From Opitutales bacterium (GTDB taxonomy: Bacteria > Verrucomicrobiota > Verrucomicrobiia > Opitutales > PNEW01), in the NCBI GenBank assembly GCA_965197745.1, contig CBDANS010000006.1:416001-480000 (forward strand): a stretch of 64,000 nucleotides of DNA, in the 5' to 3' direction. Of this stretch, positions 29,478 to 39,551 are shown one piece after another. A model generated the notes under the pieces. The model did not search any database. It was given only the letters and a program-made list of their open reading frames with translations, and had not been told where the DNA came from. Every line of letters starts with the position of its first letter. Positions within the stretch are counted from its first letter, which is position 1. Made by a program: the position numbers and the translations under genes.

Positions 29478-32400
29478 ATGACTGAAATATTATCAGATAG
29501 TGCTAATCGCCATAGGTTTGTGCATGAATTTAATCATAATTTTTCCGTTCATGCCCCGGCCGGTGTCGGTAAAACCAAAGCTATTGTTGACCGAATAGTC
29601 AATATTGCATTGAATGATAGTGAAAGTGAGCATACCCTCCTGCAGCGTCTGGTAATAGTCACTTACACAAAAAAAGCGGCTGACGAGATGCAACACCGCA
29701 CACGCAACGCGATCATGGAAAAAGGCGTGGGACCCGACGTGGTAAATCGACTGAACCAGGCTTACTTCGGAACGATTCACAGTTATTGCCTGGAGTTGCT
29801 CAGGCAGCAAGGATCCCTCCTGGGGTTGCCTGCGACGATCGAAATAGCGGAGAGCGAAGATCTGCTGTGGGAGCAGTTTATCCGAAGTTCAGATCTATTA
29901 ACCGCTATTCTTCCCGAAGAGGCGCGCCTTTATTTTTTACGCCACACACGATTGGATTCGATATTCCAACTTGCCCGCAAATTAAAGTTTCCGGTTGAAA
30001 AGGGGCAGGAAAAAAAGGTCCCCCCCCAACCTGAACTCGATTTTGATCCTGTATTTCAATGTCCGCCAAATAAGAGGTCTAAAGGCAATGTAGAAACCGG
30101 CCAGGAAATATTGCGGCGTTGGCTGGAGGTGGAAGCCGATGGCGACGGCTATAATCCCATACCCGTCTATGAAAAAGGGGGCAAAGATTTCCAGGAAATA
30201 TGGAGCAACAGTTTCATCCCTTTAAGAAACTGGTTAGGGAAAACCGCTATCGTATTAATAAGCCATGTGTCACAAGAATATTTAAAATTTCGGATTGCCC
30301 AGGGTCTGCTCACATACGGGGATCTCGTGGAATTGGTATTGGAATTATTGAAGGATGTGCAAGTTGGAGGGGAAATCCGGGCAGAGGGTAAATGTGTTAT
30401 ACTCGACGAAGCCCAGGACACGGATCCGAGTCAATTCAAAGTCTTGACTGAAATTGCGCGTCCTGAGAGCGCACAAGGTGTCTGGATAAACGGCGATGAT
30501 CAACCGCCGGAGGCAGGTCGCTTTTGTATGGTTGGTGATCCCCAACAATCTATTTACGGCAGCCGTGCGGATCTTGTCGTATATCAACAACTGCACCAAA
30601 AGTTTCTAAAAGAAAATGCCGCAGAAGAGTTGATCTTTGAAGTGACCTTTCGCTGTGCTGAGCGCATTGTTGATGCCGTTAATCTATTCTTTCCCCAGGT
30701 TCTCAAGGGAACTGGTAAAATAGGTGAGCAAGTAAAATTTGTTCCTTTAAAAGCCAGACCGGATGCAGAAAAAGGTCAGCTATTCCGAGCTATTTTGGAT
30801 CGTCCTGGAGAGATTGAGCAATCAAGGCGGCAGGGTGTTGTAGCACTCTCCTATGCTACCGCATTAGCCAACTGGCTGAAAAGAATTAAACCCGAGGATT
30901 TAGGAGCGCGAAGCTGGTCCGACGTTGCCATTCTCTGCCCACGAAACGAATGGCTGGAGACACTTGACGTCGAGCTGAAGGCCGCGGGCTTCGCCACTCA
31001 ACTGCTCTCACGTTCAGACCGTATGGGCAATAACCCGACATACGCGTGGTTCACCTCCCTTATGGCGATCATTAGCGAACCGGAAAATGCTTTTGAAATT
31101 GCCGGTGTCCTTCGTGAATTTTTCGGAATATCCGATCACGATCTGGTGGCCTATTATCAATTTTGGAAAAGTCATCACGAACAGTACCCCCCGACAACCC
31201 ATGCCTTGCAGATACTCCATCCTGTTGAGGGGGATGGGTGCGTAGCCGAAACGCTGAACCTGCTTGCCCGATCCCGTCAGAAAGCGATGACGATGCCCCT
31301 TCGTGAAGCCGTTGCTTATCTCGTTGATGCGGTCCAATTGCGCCATCGCCTCGTGATGCTTCCCCTCAGCTACCCCAGTGAGACTAACACCCTGCTCGAT
31401 CATCTGATAGCGCAATCAGCGGTGGCTGAAGGGGAGAGAATGTCTTTAGCGGAATGGACCTATTCGCTTGTGAACGGGTTAGATAATCAAATCGATAGTG
31501 GTTCCCTTCTCCCCGATCATATTCAACTGCTCTCCACACATAAAGCCAAAGGCCTGGAATGGGATGCCGTTTTACTCCCCTTCTTTTTTCGCCAGATTAA
31601 CTATGCACACGGTAACTATCCAAGACTCAACTATGAACAGGGACAGAAAAGTCTGACTGTAACTCTAGATAAACAGCATGATACTAATACTTATAGAGAG
31701 CAGTTAGATAAGGGGCAGCACCAGGAGTTGGATCGCCTGCTCTATGTCGCTATAACACGCGCGCGTCAGACCCTTGTTCTTTTCAATGATGAATCGTTTT
31801 TTCCTCCAGAAAAAAATTCTTTTGGAACCCGGTTAAAAGTTAACCTGAACGAGACTAACCATGAACATTGGATCGCACTCCCTACGGGCCTTCATACGGA
31901 TACTGAATCAGAGGCTGGCGTCGATCGAGATGTTGTTACCGAGAATGTTGATGAGAAAAAGATCTCTCCCTTTGACTCGACGATATTAAAGAGTGCCCGC
32001 AGACATGGCCTGGGGAAATTTAAACACGCCACCCCTCACACCCTGGCAATGCGGGTAAAGGACCTCCCCACCGAGAGGGACGAACCGGAACAACTCCTCG
32101 GTCATGCTTTTCCCGACGAGTCCTCAAACACGGCGGCCACAGAGTATGGCAGTTGGTGGCATGAAATGATGGAGGAAAATGCCTGGGACAAGAACATGGA
32201 GAACTGGAAAAGTCACTGTGCTTCAAAGGCGCAATCTCCCACATGTCCGGATCCTCACAGAGGCAGGGAGGAGATTGAACTTTTTTTTTATTCTCAACTG
32301 ACGGCACAATTGACGGCACACGATTATAGAATCCAAACGGAGGTGCCATTTCTCTGGCGTGATGATGAGGACAGCGTCTTTGAGGGCCTGATCGATTTCG

Positions 32401-32612
32401 TAGCCTATGATCACACCCTGAAGCAATGGATGGTTATCGACTGGAAAACACATCAAGCCACCGCACAGAATTTTACCGCTGACCTTGTCAAGCAATATAC
32501 ACCCCAATTATCAGCTTATGCCAACGCCCTTCATGGAATTTCCGGTGAACCGGTTAAAACCTATTTGTATTCAACAGCACTCGGTCAATTGTTAGCGATC
32601 GAGGACAGTTGA
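29478..32612 (+). CDS. addA: AddA/RecB-like UvrD helicase-nuclease
   Basis: APAGVGKT, TYTKKAA, TIHSY, DEAQD, GDPQQSIY, THKAKGLEW, LYVAITRA; nuclease GLID..IDWKT..QL.AY. Confidence 0.85.
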   Translation: MTEILSDSANRHRFVHEFNHNFSVHAPAGVGKTKAIVDRIVNIALNDSESEHTLLQRLVIVTYTKKAADEMQHRTRNAIMEKGVGPDVVNRLNQAYFGTIHSYCLELLRQQGSLLGLPATIEIAESEDLLWEQFIRSSDLLTAILPEEARLYFLRHTRLDSIFQLARKLKFPVEKGQEKKVPPQPELDFDPVFQCPPNKRSKGNVETGQEILRRWLEVEADGDGYNPIPVYEKGGKDFQEIWSNSFIPLRNWLGKTAIVLISHVSQEYLKFRIAQGLLTYGDLVELVLELLKDVQVGGEIRAEGKCVILDEAQDTDPSQFKVLTEIARPESAQGVWINGDDQPPEAGRFCMVGDPQQSIYGSRADLVVYQQLHQKFLKENAAEELIFEVTFRCAERIVDAVNLFFPQVLKGTGKIGEQVKFVPLKARPDAEKGQLFRAILDRPGEIEQSRRQGVVALSYATALANWLKRIKPEDLGARSWSDVAILCPRNEWLETLDVELKAAGFATQLLSRSDRMGNNPTYAWFTSLMAIISEPENAFEIAGVLREFFGISDHDLVAYYQFWKSHHEQYPPTTHALQILHPVEGDGCVAETLNLLARSRQKAMTMPLREAVAYLVDAVQLRHRLVMLPLSYPSETNTLLDHLIAQSAVAEGERMSLAEWTYSLVNGLDNQIDSGSLLPDHIQLLSTHKAKGLEWDAVLLPFFFRQINYAHGNYPRLNYEQGQKSLTVTLDKQHDTNTYREQLDKGQHQELDRLLYVAITRARQTLVLFNDESFFPPEKNSFGTRLKVNLNETNHEHWIALPTGLHTDTESEAGVDRDVVTENVDEKKISPFDSTILKSARRHGLGKFKHATPHTLAMRVKDLPTERDEPEQLLGHAFPDESSNTAATEYGSWWHEMMEENAWDKNMENWKSHCASKAQSPTCPDPHRGREEIELFFYSQLTAQLTAHDYRIQTEVPFLWRDDEDSVFEGLIDFVAYDHTLKQWMVIDWKTHQATAQNFTADLVKQYTPQLSAYANALHGISGEPVKTYLYSTALGQLLAIEDS

Positions 32613-32666
32613 ATTATTGGGGGAAAGAAAAGAGTCTTTACCGCTATAGGAAAAAGCAGAAAACTG

Positions 32667-34289
32667 ATGACTATAATAATGAGACTTGCTAACTTCTTTA
32701 CGATTATCCGATGTCCATTCATTTTTATCTCATTAATTGCTTGCGCCTGGATACTGAATGGATGCTCACGCGTTAAGCAATTAGAGGATCAACCCGCTGC
32801 TTTTATTTTTGCCCGGGGTAGTGACGCGCAGAAACTCGATCCTGCTGATATTGACGATGGCGAATCGGTAAACACGCTGGCCCAGATATGTGAAGGTCTC
32901 GTTCGTTTTAAAAGCGGCACTCTGGAGATCCAACCCTGGTTAGCCCAATCCTATACTATTTCGAATGACGGCCTAACCTACACTTTCAAGTTACGTGAAG
33001 GCGTAAAATTCCACGACGGATCTTCCCTTGATGCGACAGCAGCGCTCTTTACATTTAAAAGGCAAATAGATCCCGCGCACCCAGCACATTTCCCTACGGC
33101 CAGCTTTCAATACTGGGAAAATCTATTCCGGGAAATTAGGGAAATTCACGCGCCTGAGCCGATGACGCTTCAATTCGAGCTCAATGAACCTAACGCTTCT
33201 ATACTCTATTCCCTTGCCACTTTTCCCGCCTGGCTAATCAGTCCCAGGGCTTTTGAAAAGTATGACCGGGCGATGATACGTCATCCCGTTGGCACCGGCC
33301 CCTACCGGTTCGTGGACTGGATACCGAACCAGGCGATAATTCTTGAGAAAAACCCGGATTACTGGGGTAAACCCGCCCTGTTTGAGCGACTGGTCATGCG
33401 TTCCATTCCCGATAACACGGTACGCCTTTTAGAGCTTAAGTCAGATAAGATCCATGCTCTCGACGGTCTCCAGCCAGCAGAATTAAAAGTGATTACTGAC
33501 GATCCAAAATTCACCATCCACTCGCAGCCGGGAATGAATGTAGGTTATTTGGCCATCAGCCATTTTTCAGAACGTCTTAGAAATTCAGAAATCCGCCATG
33601 CCATCGCCATGGCTATTGACCGCCAGGCGATTGTCGATCTCGCCCTGGATGGATACGCCGTCGTCGCCGAATACCCTATTCCTCCGGGGTTTCTCGGTGA
33701 ACCAGAAAATGGTAAACCGCCGATGCGTTTTGATCCTGAAACTGCGCGCGCTATAATTAATAAATATCCGGAGTTACACACCCGGCCCGTTGAACTCCAC
33801 ACCTTCACGGCTCCCCGACCGTACTTTCCTGATCCCTTGAAAATTGCCTCTCTAATCCGAAGCGATCTTGAGAAAGTAGGGCTGAAAGTGGAAATTATCA
33901 CCCGGGATTTTAAAAGTCACCTTGTCGTCGCGCGCCGTGGGCAATTCGAACTTGGGCTCCTCGGGTGGTCCGGGGATAACGGCGACACCGATAACTTCCT
34001 CGCAACTTTTTTTGCCAGTTGGGCTGCAGTTGAAGACTCGGCCACGAATATCTCTTTTTATAAAAATAAGGCGATGGATAATTTGCTTGTTGCCGGACGC
34101 CAGAAGACCGATCTCCGGCAACGCCAGAAAATATACGAAGAGGCCCTTACCCTGTGGGCGCGTGACCTGCCACTCATTCCTCTTCTTCACTCTGAACAGA
34201 TTGTTGTCACGCGTTCTGAAGTGACAGGATTCCAACTTCAAAAAACAGCAAATTTGTTTTTCGGATCAGTCGGTTGGCAAGTTCCTTAA
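32667..34289 (+). CDS. Peptide ABC transporter substrate-binding lipoprotein (DppA-like, family 5)
   Basis: Lipobox LNGC, YTFKLREGVKFHDG, PVGTGPY, NPDYWG, GWSGDNGD.DNF. Confidence 0.9.
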   Translation: MTIIMRLANFFTIIRCPFIFISLIACAWILNGCSRVKQLEDQPAAFIFARGSDAQKLDPADIDDGESVNTLAQICEGLVRFKSGTLEIQPWLAQSYTISNDGLTYTFKLREGVKFHDGSSLDATAALFTFKRQIDPAHPAHFPTASFQYWENLFREIREIHAPEPMTLQFELNEPNASILYSLATFPAWLISPRAFEKYDRAMIRHPVGTGPYRFVDWIPNQAIILEKNPDYWGKPALFERLVMRSIPDNTVRLLELKSDKIHALDGLQPAELKVITDDPKFTIHSQPGMNVGYLAISHFSERLRNSEIRHAIAMAIDRQAIVDLALDGYAVVAEYPIPPGFLGEPENGKPPMRFDPETARAIINKYPELHTRPVELHTFTAPRPYFPDPLKIASLIRSDLEKVGLKVEIITRDFKSHLVVARRGQFELGLLGWSGDNGDTDNFLATFFASWAAVEDSATNISFYKNKAMDNLLVAGRQKTDLRQRQKIYEEALTLWARDLPLIPLLHSEQIVVTRSEVTGFQLQKTANLFFGSVGWQVP

Positions 34290-34327
34290 TTGTTCAACAG
34301 ATAGCTGCATAGCCACTATCAAAAACC

Positions 34328-35374
34328 ATGACAGGTGTCAGACAGAACCAGAAACTTAAGGCGTTTTCGGGATATTTGCTGCAGAAACTGGGCACCTTGC
34401 TCCTCGTCTTTATCAGCGCTAGCGCGATCCTTTTTACTGCCGTCAATTTCGTGCCCGGTGATCCCATATCGCTGCGATTAAAAAATCCGGATCCCGAACG
34501 GGTAGCTGCCATACGTAAAGAGCTGGGGCTTGATGCTCCTTTGCTTCATCAATACCTCCATTATACTATTAATTTCCTGCGTGGCAAATGGGGTGAAAGT
34601 TTAATCACCGGGCAGAAAGTGAGTGAAGAGATAAATGAATATTTTCCGGCGACCATGGAACTGGCGCTTATTGCCTTGATCCTGGGTGTGACCCTCGGTC
34701 TCATCGCAGCGCTCTGTGCGCAATGGTTTAAGTTCAGCCTGTGGCGCAATACCGCTCTTGCTCTGGGGGCACTGGGTCTGACCGTACCTATTTTCTGGCT
34801 GGGTTTAATGCTCATTGTTGTGGGCAGTCTGTGGATGGGCTGGTTTCCCACAGGGGGCCGTTTCGATTACGCTATGCCTCTACCGCGAGGGAGCGGATTT
34901 CTTCTTTTCGATTCTTTAGCTTCCGGGCGATTCGATATGTTTCAAGTTGCCTGTCATCATCTCGCCTTACCGGTTTGCTGCCTTGCACTTTATCCGGCAG
35001 CTCTGGTTTGCGGTGTCTTACAAGCACGATTGGAAGACCCCCGTATTCAAGAATTAGTCAGTGCTCTGAAAGCCAAAGGGCTGGCCGGATGGCAGATCTG
35101 GTTTAAGCACATCCTTCGATTGCTGGGGGCCGCTGTGATCACCGTCGTCGGCACAAACTTTGGTGCTCTGCTCGGTGGTGCGGTCCTCACCGAATCGGTC
35201 TTTTCCTGGCCCGGTATGGGTCGCTACCTCGTGGGTGCTGTTTTAAACCGCGATCTTTACGTTATCGAAAACGGTCTGCTTCTCGTCATCTTATTGGCCT
35301 ACCTGAGCATCACTCTCGCTGATGTGCTGGCCTTTCTTGCTAATCCCACCGTAAAGCAGAATAACGATCCGTGA
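34328..35374 (+). CDS. Peptide ABC transporter permease (DppB-like)
   Basis: PGDP, LGLD.PL..QY, PATMELA, GAVLTESVFSWPGMG. Confidence 0.9.
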   Translation: MTGVRQNQKLKAFSGYLLQKLGTLLLVFISASAILFTAVNFVPGDPISLRLKNPDPERVAAIRKELGLDAPLLHQYLHYTINFLRGKWGESLITGQKVSEEINEYFPATMELALIALILGVTLGLIAALCAQWFKFSLWRNTALALGALGLTVPIFWLGLMLIVVGSLWMGWFPTGGRFDYAMPLPRGSGFLLFDSLASGRFDMFQVACHHLALPVCCLALYPAALVCGVLQARLEDPRIQELVSALKAKGLAGWQIWFKHILRLLGAAVITVVGTNFGALLGGAVLTESVFSWPGMGRYLVGAVLNRDLYVIENGLLLVILLAYLSITLADVLAFLANPTVKQNNDP

Positions 35375-35396
35375 CAATGACCCCAGGTGTTTATAA

Positions 35397-36173
35397 ATGA
35401 ACCGCTTCAATACTGTATTAGAGTACCTTGCCTTCGGCGCATTGATTTTATCGCTGCTGGGTTTGCTTTACACCCCTTACGATCCGTTGGAGCAAAATTT
35501 TCGGGATGACGCTTTTTCCCGTGCAACCGTAAACCACTGGTTGGGTATTGATGGTCTTGGTCGTGACTTTGGCAGCCGCCTTTGGCGGGGCGCTGGTAAT
35601 ACTGTGGCCATGGCGCTTATGGCCTTAACTTTAAATTTCATTATCGCGTCAAGCCTCCTTTACCTCGATCAAAGTGGCCCACGGTGGTTGCAGCATCTCA
35701 TTCCTTTAGGGATAGGAATATGGGTGGCGATTCCGGTGCTTCTTTTCGGACTCGTGCTCCTCGTATTCCTCAAACCATCGACGGGAACACTGGTTGTCGC
35801 TGCCTCCCTTGGAAACGTGCCACTCGCCTATCGTCAATTAAGAATACTTTGGTTAGAGCAACGAAACGCTCTCTATGTTCGTGCGAGTGAAATCTTAGGA
35901 GCAGGACGGCGCCATTTATTGATTTATACCTTGTGGCCTAATCTGCGTCCGGATCTCCTCGGTCTGGCTAAACTTATTTTAGCGATCAGTGTTTTAGAGC
36001 TCAGCGGGCTGGCTTTTCTCGGGCTTATCGGGGATCCGGACTTTCCTGAGCTTGGCGCTATTCTCAAGCAGAACCAGTCTTATCTCTTTCGTAGTCCTAT
36101 GCTTGTTGTCTGGCCGGGTATAATTCTCTGTTCCCTTCTCTTGATATTACATCTCTCCAAACCGCGAACTTAA
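35397..36173 (+). CDS. Peptide ABC transporter permease (DppC-like)
   Basis: HWLGIDGLGRD..SRL, YVRASEILGA, LAFLGL, PELG. Confidence 0.85.
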   Translation: MNRFNTVLEYLAFGALILSLLGLLYTPYDPLEQNFRDDAFSRATVNHWLGIDGLGRDFGSRLWRGAGNTVAMALMALTLNFIIASSLLYLDQSGPRWLQHLIPLGIGIWVAIPVLLFGLVLLVFLKPSTGTLVVAASLGNVPLAYRQLRILWLEQRNALYVRASEILGAGRRHLLIYTLWPNLRPDLLGLAKLILAISVLELSGLAFLGLIGDPDFPELGAILKQNQSYLFRSPMLVVWPGIILCSLLLILHLSKPRT

Positions 36174-36185
36174 ATAAATTCAAGC

Positions 36186-36566
36186 TTAATTGTTTTCAAG
36201 TAGTTCTATCTCGTAGCCGTCAGGGTCATCGACAAAAGCCATCTTCAATCCGGTGACAAATTTCTCCCGCCAACCATCCGGCCAGATTTCTAAGCCCGCC
36301 TTTTCCAGTTTGTCGCAATAGGCAATCAGATCGGGCACGCCTATGGCAAAGTGCATCAAGTCTTCGGGAACATTTACTTTGTAGTCAGAAGAATAAGTTA
36401 ATTCCAAAGTATGGGCATTGCCCGGCAGTTCCAGGTGCACGATCTGGTTCCCGGCGGGCGATTTGTCCGATCGGCTCTTCACTTGAAATTCGAAGTTGTC
36501 ACAATAGAATTTAATCGACCTTTCAAGATCGCTTACTCGTATACGGGTGTGTAAAAATAATGCCAT
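36186..36566 (-). CDS. VOC/glyoxalase I-like protein
   Basis: FLHTRIRVSDLERSIKFY, LELTY, HFAIGV, AFVDDPDGYEIEL. Confidence 0.88.
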   Translation of the reverse strand: MALFLHTRIRVSDLERSIKFYCDNFEFQVKSRSDKSPAGNQIVHLELPGNAHTLELTYSSDYKVNVPEDLMHFAIGVPDLIAYCDKLEKAGLEIWPDGWREKFVTGLKMAFVDDPDGYEIELLENN

Positions 36567-36642
36567 AGATTTATCCTCTTTAATTTAATTACCATTTTTA
36601 CATTGGAGTTATTAAAAAGTCTGTCCATCCTTTTAATGCAAA

Positions 36643-37611
36643 ATGGAGAGTGAAAATGAATATCGGTCTACGCCGGGGACACACCTCTTTCGTCAATTGC
36701 GTTGGGATGACCTCGATCCGGTTTACCTGCGCCAACTTATTTTTCTTGCTAAAGAAGAAGATTTCGAAGGATCAGGTTTAGCGGCGCTCCCTAAAGTGGT
36801 TGGCGATATTTCGACAAGCAGGCTTGACCTCAAAAATAATCTTGAAGGCGAAGTTGCTATTATCGCCCGGGAGGAAATGATCGTAGCAGGTCTTCCTCTA
36901 ATCCCTATGATCCTCGAGGCTTATGGAGAGGGTTGTGTTTTCAAGCAGAAGGTTGAAGAAGGATCCAGCATTTTAGAAAATGATGTGTTGGCAGAGATAA
37001 CCGGACCGGCTCCTGTTTTATTGTCGTCTGAACGTGTTATCCTGAATTTTCTTCAGCACCTCTCCGGCATTGCAACGCAGACCGCCAGTTACGTAGCGGC
37101 TTTAGGGGATAGCAAAACGCGTCTCCTTGACACCAGAAAAACGACTCCGGGTTACCGCGTTCTGGAAAAGTATGCTGTCGCCCAGGGGGATGGTTGGAAC
37201 CATAGAATGGGTCTCTTTGAATGGGTTTTACTTAAAGACAACCACCTGGCTGTATCTCGCGTGAAAGGCGGTCACGCACTCGCGGAAATGATATGTCATG
37301 TCCGGGAAGGTTCACCCGGTCTCGCCATTGAAGTTGAAGTAGATAATCTCACGCAAATTGATCCTGTCTTAGAGGCAGGAGCAGAAATTATCCTATTCGA
37401 TAATTTCAGTCTCGATGAACTGCGTAAAGCAGTGAATATCGTCGGTAATCGTGCCATTAAAGAAGCCAGTGGGGGAATAACTTATAATATGCTGCCAAAA
37501 ATGGTGGACCTCGGTCTCGATTTCATCTCAGTCGGGGCGCTCATTCACCAAAGCACATGGATAGATATCGGCCTGGATTGGGTGAATCATTTAGGATTGC
37601 CGCACGAATAA
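36643..37611 (+). CDS. nadC: Quinolinate phosphoribosyltransferase
   Basis: ERVILNFLQHLSGIAT, DTRKTTPG, NHRMGL, LKDNH, EVEV, EASGGI. Confidence 0.95.
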   Translation: MESENEYRSTPGTHLFRQLRWDDLDPVYLRQLIFLAKEEDFEGSGLAALPKVVGDISTSRLDLKNNLEGEVAIIAREEMIVAGLPLIPMILEAYGEGCVFKQKVEEGSSILENDVLAEITGPAPVLLSSERVILNFLQHLSGIATQTASYVAALGDSKTRLLDTRKTTPGYRVLEKYAVAQGDGWNHRMGLFEWVLLKDNHLAVSRVKGGHALAEMICHVREGSPGLAIEVEVDNLTQIDPVLEAGAEIILFDNFSLDELRKAVNIVGNRAIKEASGGITYNMLPKMVDLGLDFISVGALIHQSTWIDIGLDWVNHLGLPHE

Positions 37612-37686
37612 ATTCCTTAAACTATTCTATCTCTATCATACGTCTGCTTCCAGTGTTACAAGCATGCCTTCACGCCTATATTATTT

Positions 37687-38697
37687 ATGCCTGATCCTGA
37701 CATCATTATTCTTAAATCGCTACTCAATGCGGGGCAGGAATACATCTCCGGGAACATTCTGGCAGGAAAATTAGGGCTTTCCCGGGTGGGTGTTTGGGCC
37801 CGCTTCGAAAAGTTACGCGAGCAGGGATTTAAATTCGATGCCGTGCGTCATCGCGGGTATAGAATAAACAGTGAACCTCCCGAATTAAATGCCCCCCTTA
37901 TCCGCGCCTACCTCGCCAATGAAAAATCTTCAGCAAAAATTGTTTTTTTTCCGGAGATTGATAGCACTAACGCTGAAGGAGAACGACAATTGGCTGATGG
38001 CCGAACCGCTCCCTTTGTCGTCATTGCTTCCAAACAGCAAGAGGGGCGTGGGCGATTGGGAAGAAAATGGCACAGTCCCGAAGAGGGTAATATTTATATG
38101 AGTTTTGTCTTTCGACCACAACTCCCCCCTGCCAGGATGCAGCCATTTACATTGTGGATGGGTCTTAATATGTGCGTGTTACTGAATCGCGAATGCAACC
38201 TGCCTGTGCAGTTAAAATGGCCCAATGATATTGTGCTTAAAAAGAAAAAAGTGGCGGGCATCTTGACGGAAGCGAGGGTTGATGCCGACCAGATGCGCGA
38301 TTTGATTTTAGGCATCGGGCTCAATGTCAATAGCGACTGTAAACACTGGCCCAAAAACATTGCTTCCACCGCGATCTCACTGGCTTCAGTTATGGAAAAA
38401 CCGCTGCCTATAAACAGGTTCGCCACCAGTCTCGTTATCACCGGTCAGGATGCTTACAAAAAATTCCGGGACGGATCTTACAAAACGGAATTTCCTCATC
38501 TTTGGGATCAATATAATGCTTTAAGCGGTGTTGAGGTTACGGTGAAATCTCAATCTGAGTCCTTGTGCGGCACGGTTACCGGAATCGATGAAGAAGGTTC
38601 TTTGCTCTTACGCGACGAAGATGAAAAACAGCATGTGCTGCGAGCGGGAGAAGTCAGTCTCGGCAGCCATGATACATTCGCCTCCTTATCCTCATGA
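37687..38697 (+). CDS. birA: Bifunctional biotin ligase/repressor
   Basis: N-terminal HTH, DSTN, QQEGRGRLGRKW.SP, KWPND, KVAGILTE, GIGLNVN. Confidence 0.95.
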   Translation: MPDPDIIILKSLLNAGQEYISGNILAGKLGLSRVGVWARFEKLREQGFKFDAVRHRGYRINSEPPELNAPLIRAYLANEKSSAKIVFFPEIDSTNAEGERQLADGRTAPFVVIASKQQEGRGRLGRKWHSPEEGNIYMSFVFRPQLPPARMQPFTLWMGLNMCVLLNRECNLPVQLKWPNDIVLKKKKVAGILTEARVDADQMRDLILGIGLNVNSDCKHWPKNIASTAISLASVMEKPLPINRFATSLVITGQDAYKKFRDGSYKTEFPHLWDQYNALSGVEVTVKSQSESLCGTVTGIDEEGSLLLRDEDEKQHVLRAGEVSLGSHDTFASLSS

Positions 38698-39473
38698 AAA
38701 TATTCTGTATCGATATTGGTAATACCACAATCCGTTACGGTTTGGTTCTTGATGCTGAAACAAAAAATCCCGGCAACATTCTTACGCCACGTCTTGAAGA
38801 ACCGGATAATGAACTGATCAATGCTTTGAAGGATGCCTCCCAGGAGAATAGCTCACTCGATGGGATTTCTTTCAGCTCAGTAGTTCCAACCATAACTCCG
38901 AAACTGATACATTTACTAAAAAGTGTGGAATCATCGCTTCCCATACATCAATTAACCTGCGATAATTGTCCTATCCCCATTAATTATCCAAATCCCCGGG
39001 AGATCGGTCAGGATCGTCTTGCTAATGCCATTGGCGCTAAAGCAATTTATGGTCTTCCTTCGATTGTTGTCGATATGGGAACTACCGTGAACTTCGATAT
39101 CGTTACATCACAGGGTTACGAGGGTGGCATCATTGCCCCCGGATTGGGCGTTATCACCCGATACCTCCATGAACAGACGGCTCTGCTTCCGCAACTCGAT
39201 CCCGAAGACTTAATGGTTTCCACTGGAATTGGGAAAACTACGGCTGATGCGATGAAATTAGGGTGCATGGTTGGTTTCGAGGGAATGGTTCGATCACTTT
39301 TGGATTGTGTGAAATGTGAACTAAAAAAACTAGGCCATTCAGAACCTGCCGTTATAGCGACTGGAGGATCTGTGGGTATATTGCCGCAATCATGGAAGAA
39401 TGATATAGCATTTAACAGCGATATTACGTTGCTCGGCTTGGCTTTGGCCTTTACCCAATGCAATAAATATTGA
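38694..39473 (+). CDS. coaX: Type III pantothenate kinase
   Basis: IDIGNT, SSVVP, IGQDR, VDMGT, GGIIAPG, ATGG; start overlaps the birA stop. Confidence 0.95.
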   Translation: MKIFCIDIGNTTIRYGLVLDAETKNPGNILTPRLEEPDNELINALKDASQENSSLDGISFSSVVPTITPKLIHLLKSVESSLPIHQLTCDNCPIPINYPNPREIGQDRLANAIGAKAIYGLPSIVVDMGTTVNFDIVTSQGYEGGIIAPGLGVITRYLHEQTALLPQLDPEDLMVSTGIGKTTADAMKLGCMVGFEGMVRSLLDCVKCELKKLGHSEPAVIATGGSVGILPQSWKNDIAFNSDITLLGLALAFTQCNKY

Positions 39474-39551
39474 ACATCAATACCCCCTTATGATGTCTAT
39501 ATATAAAAGTATACTCTCGCTGGCTGCTTATTAATCGAATAACTAGAATTT

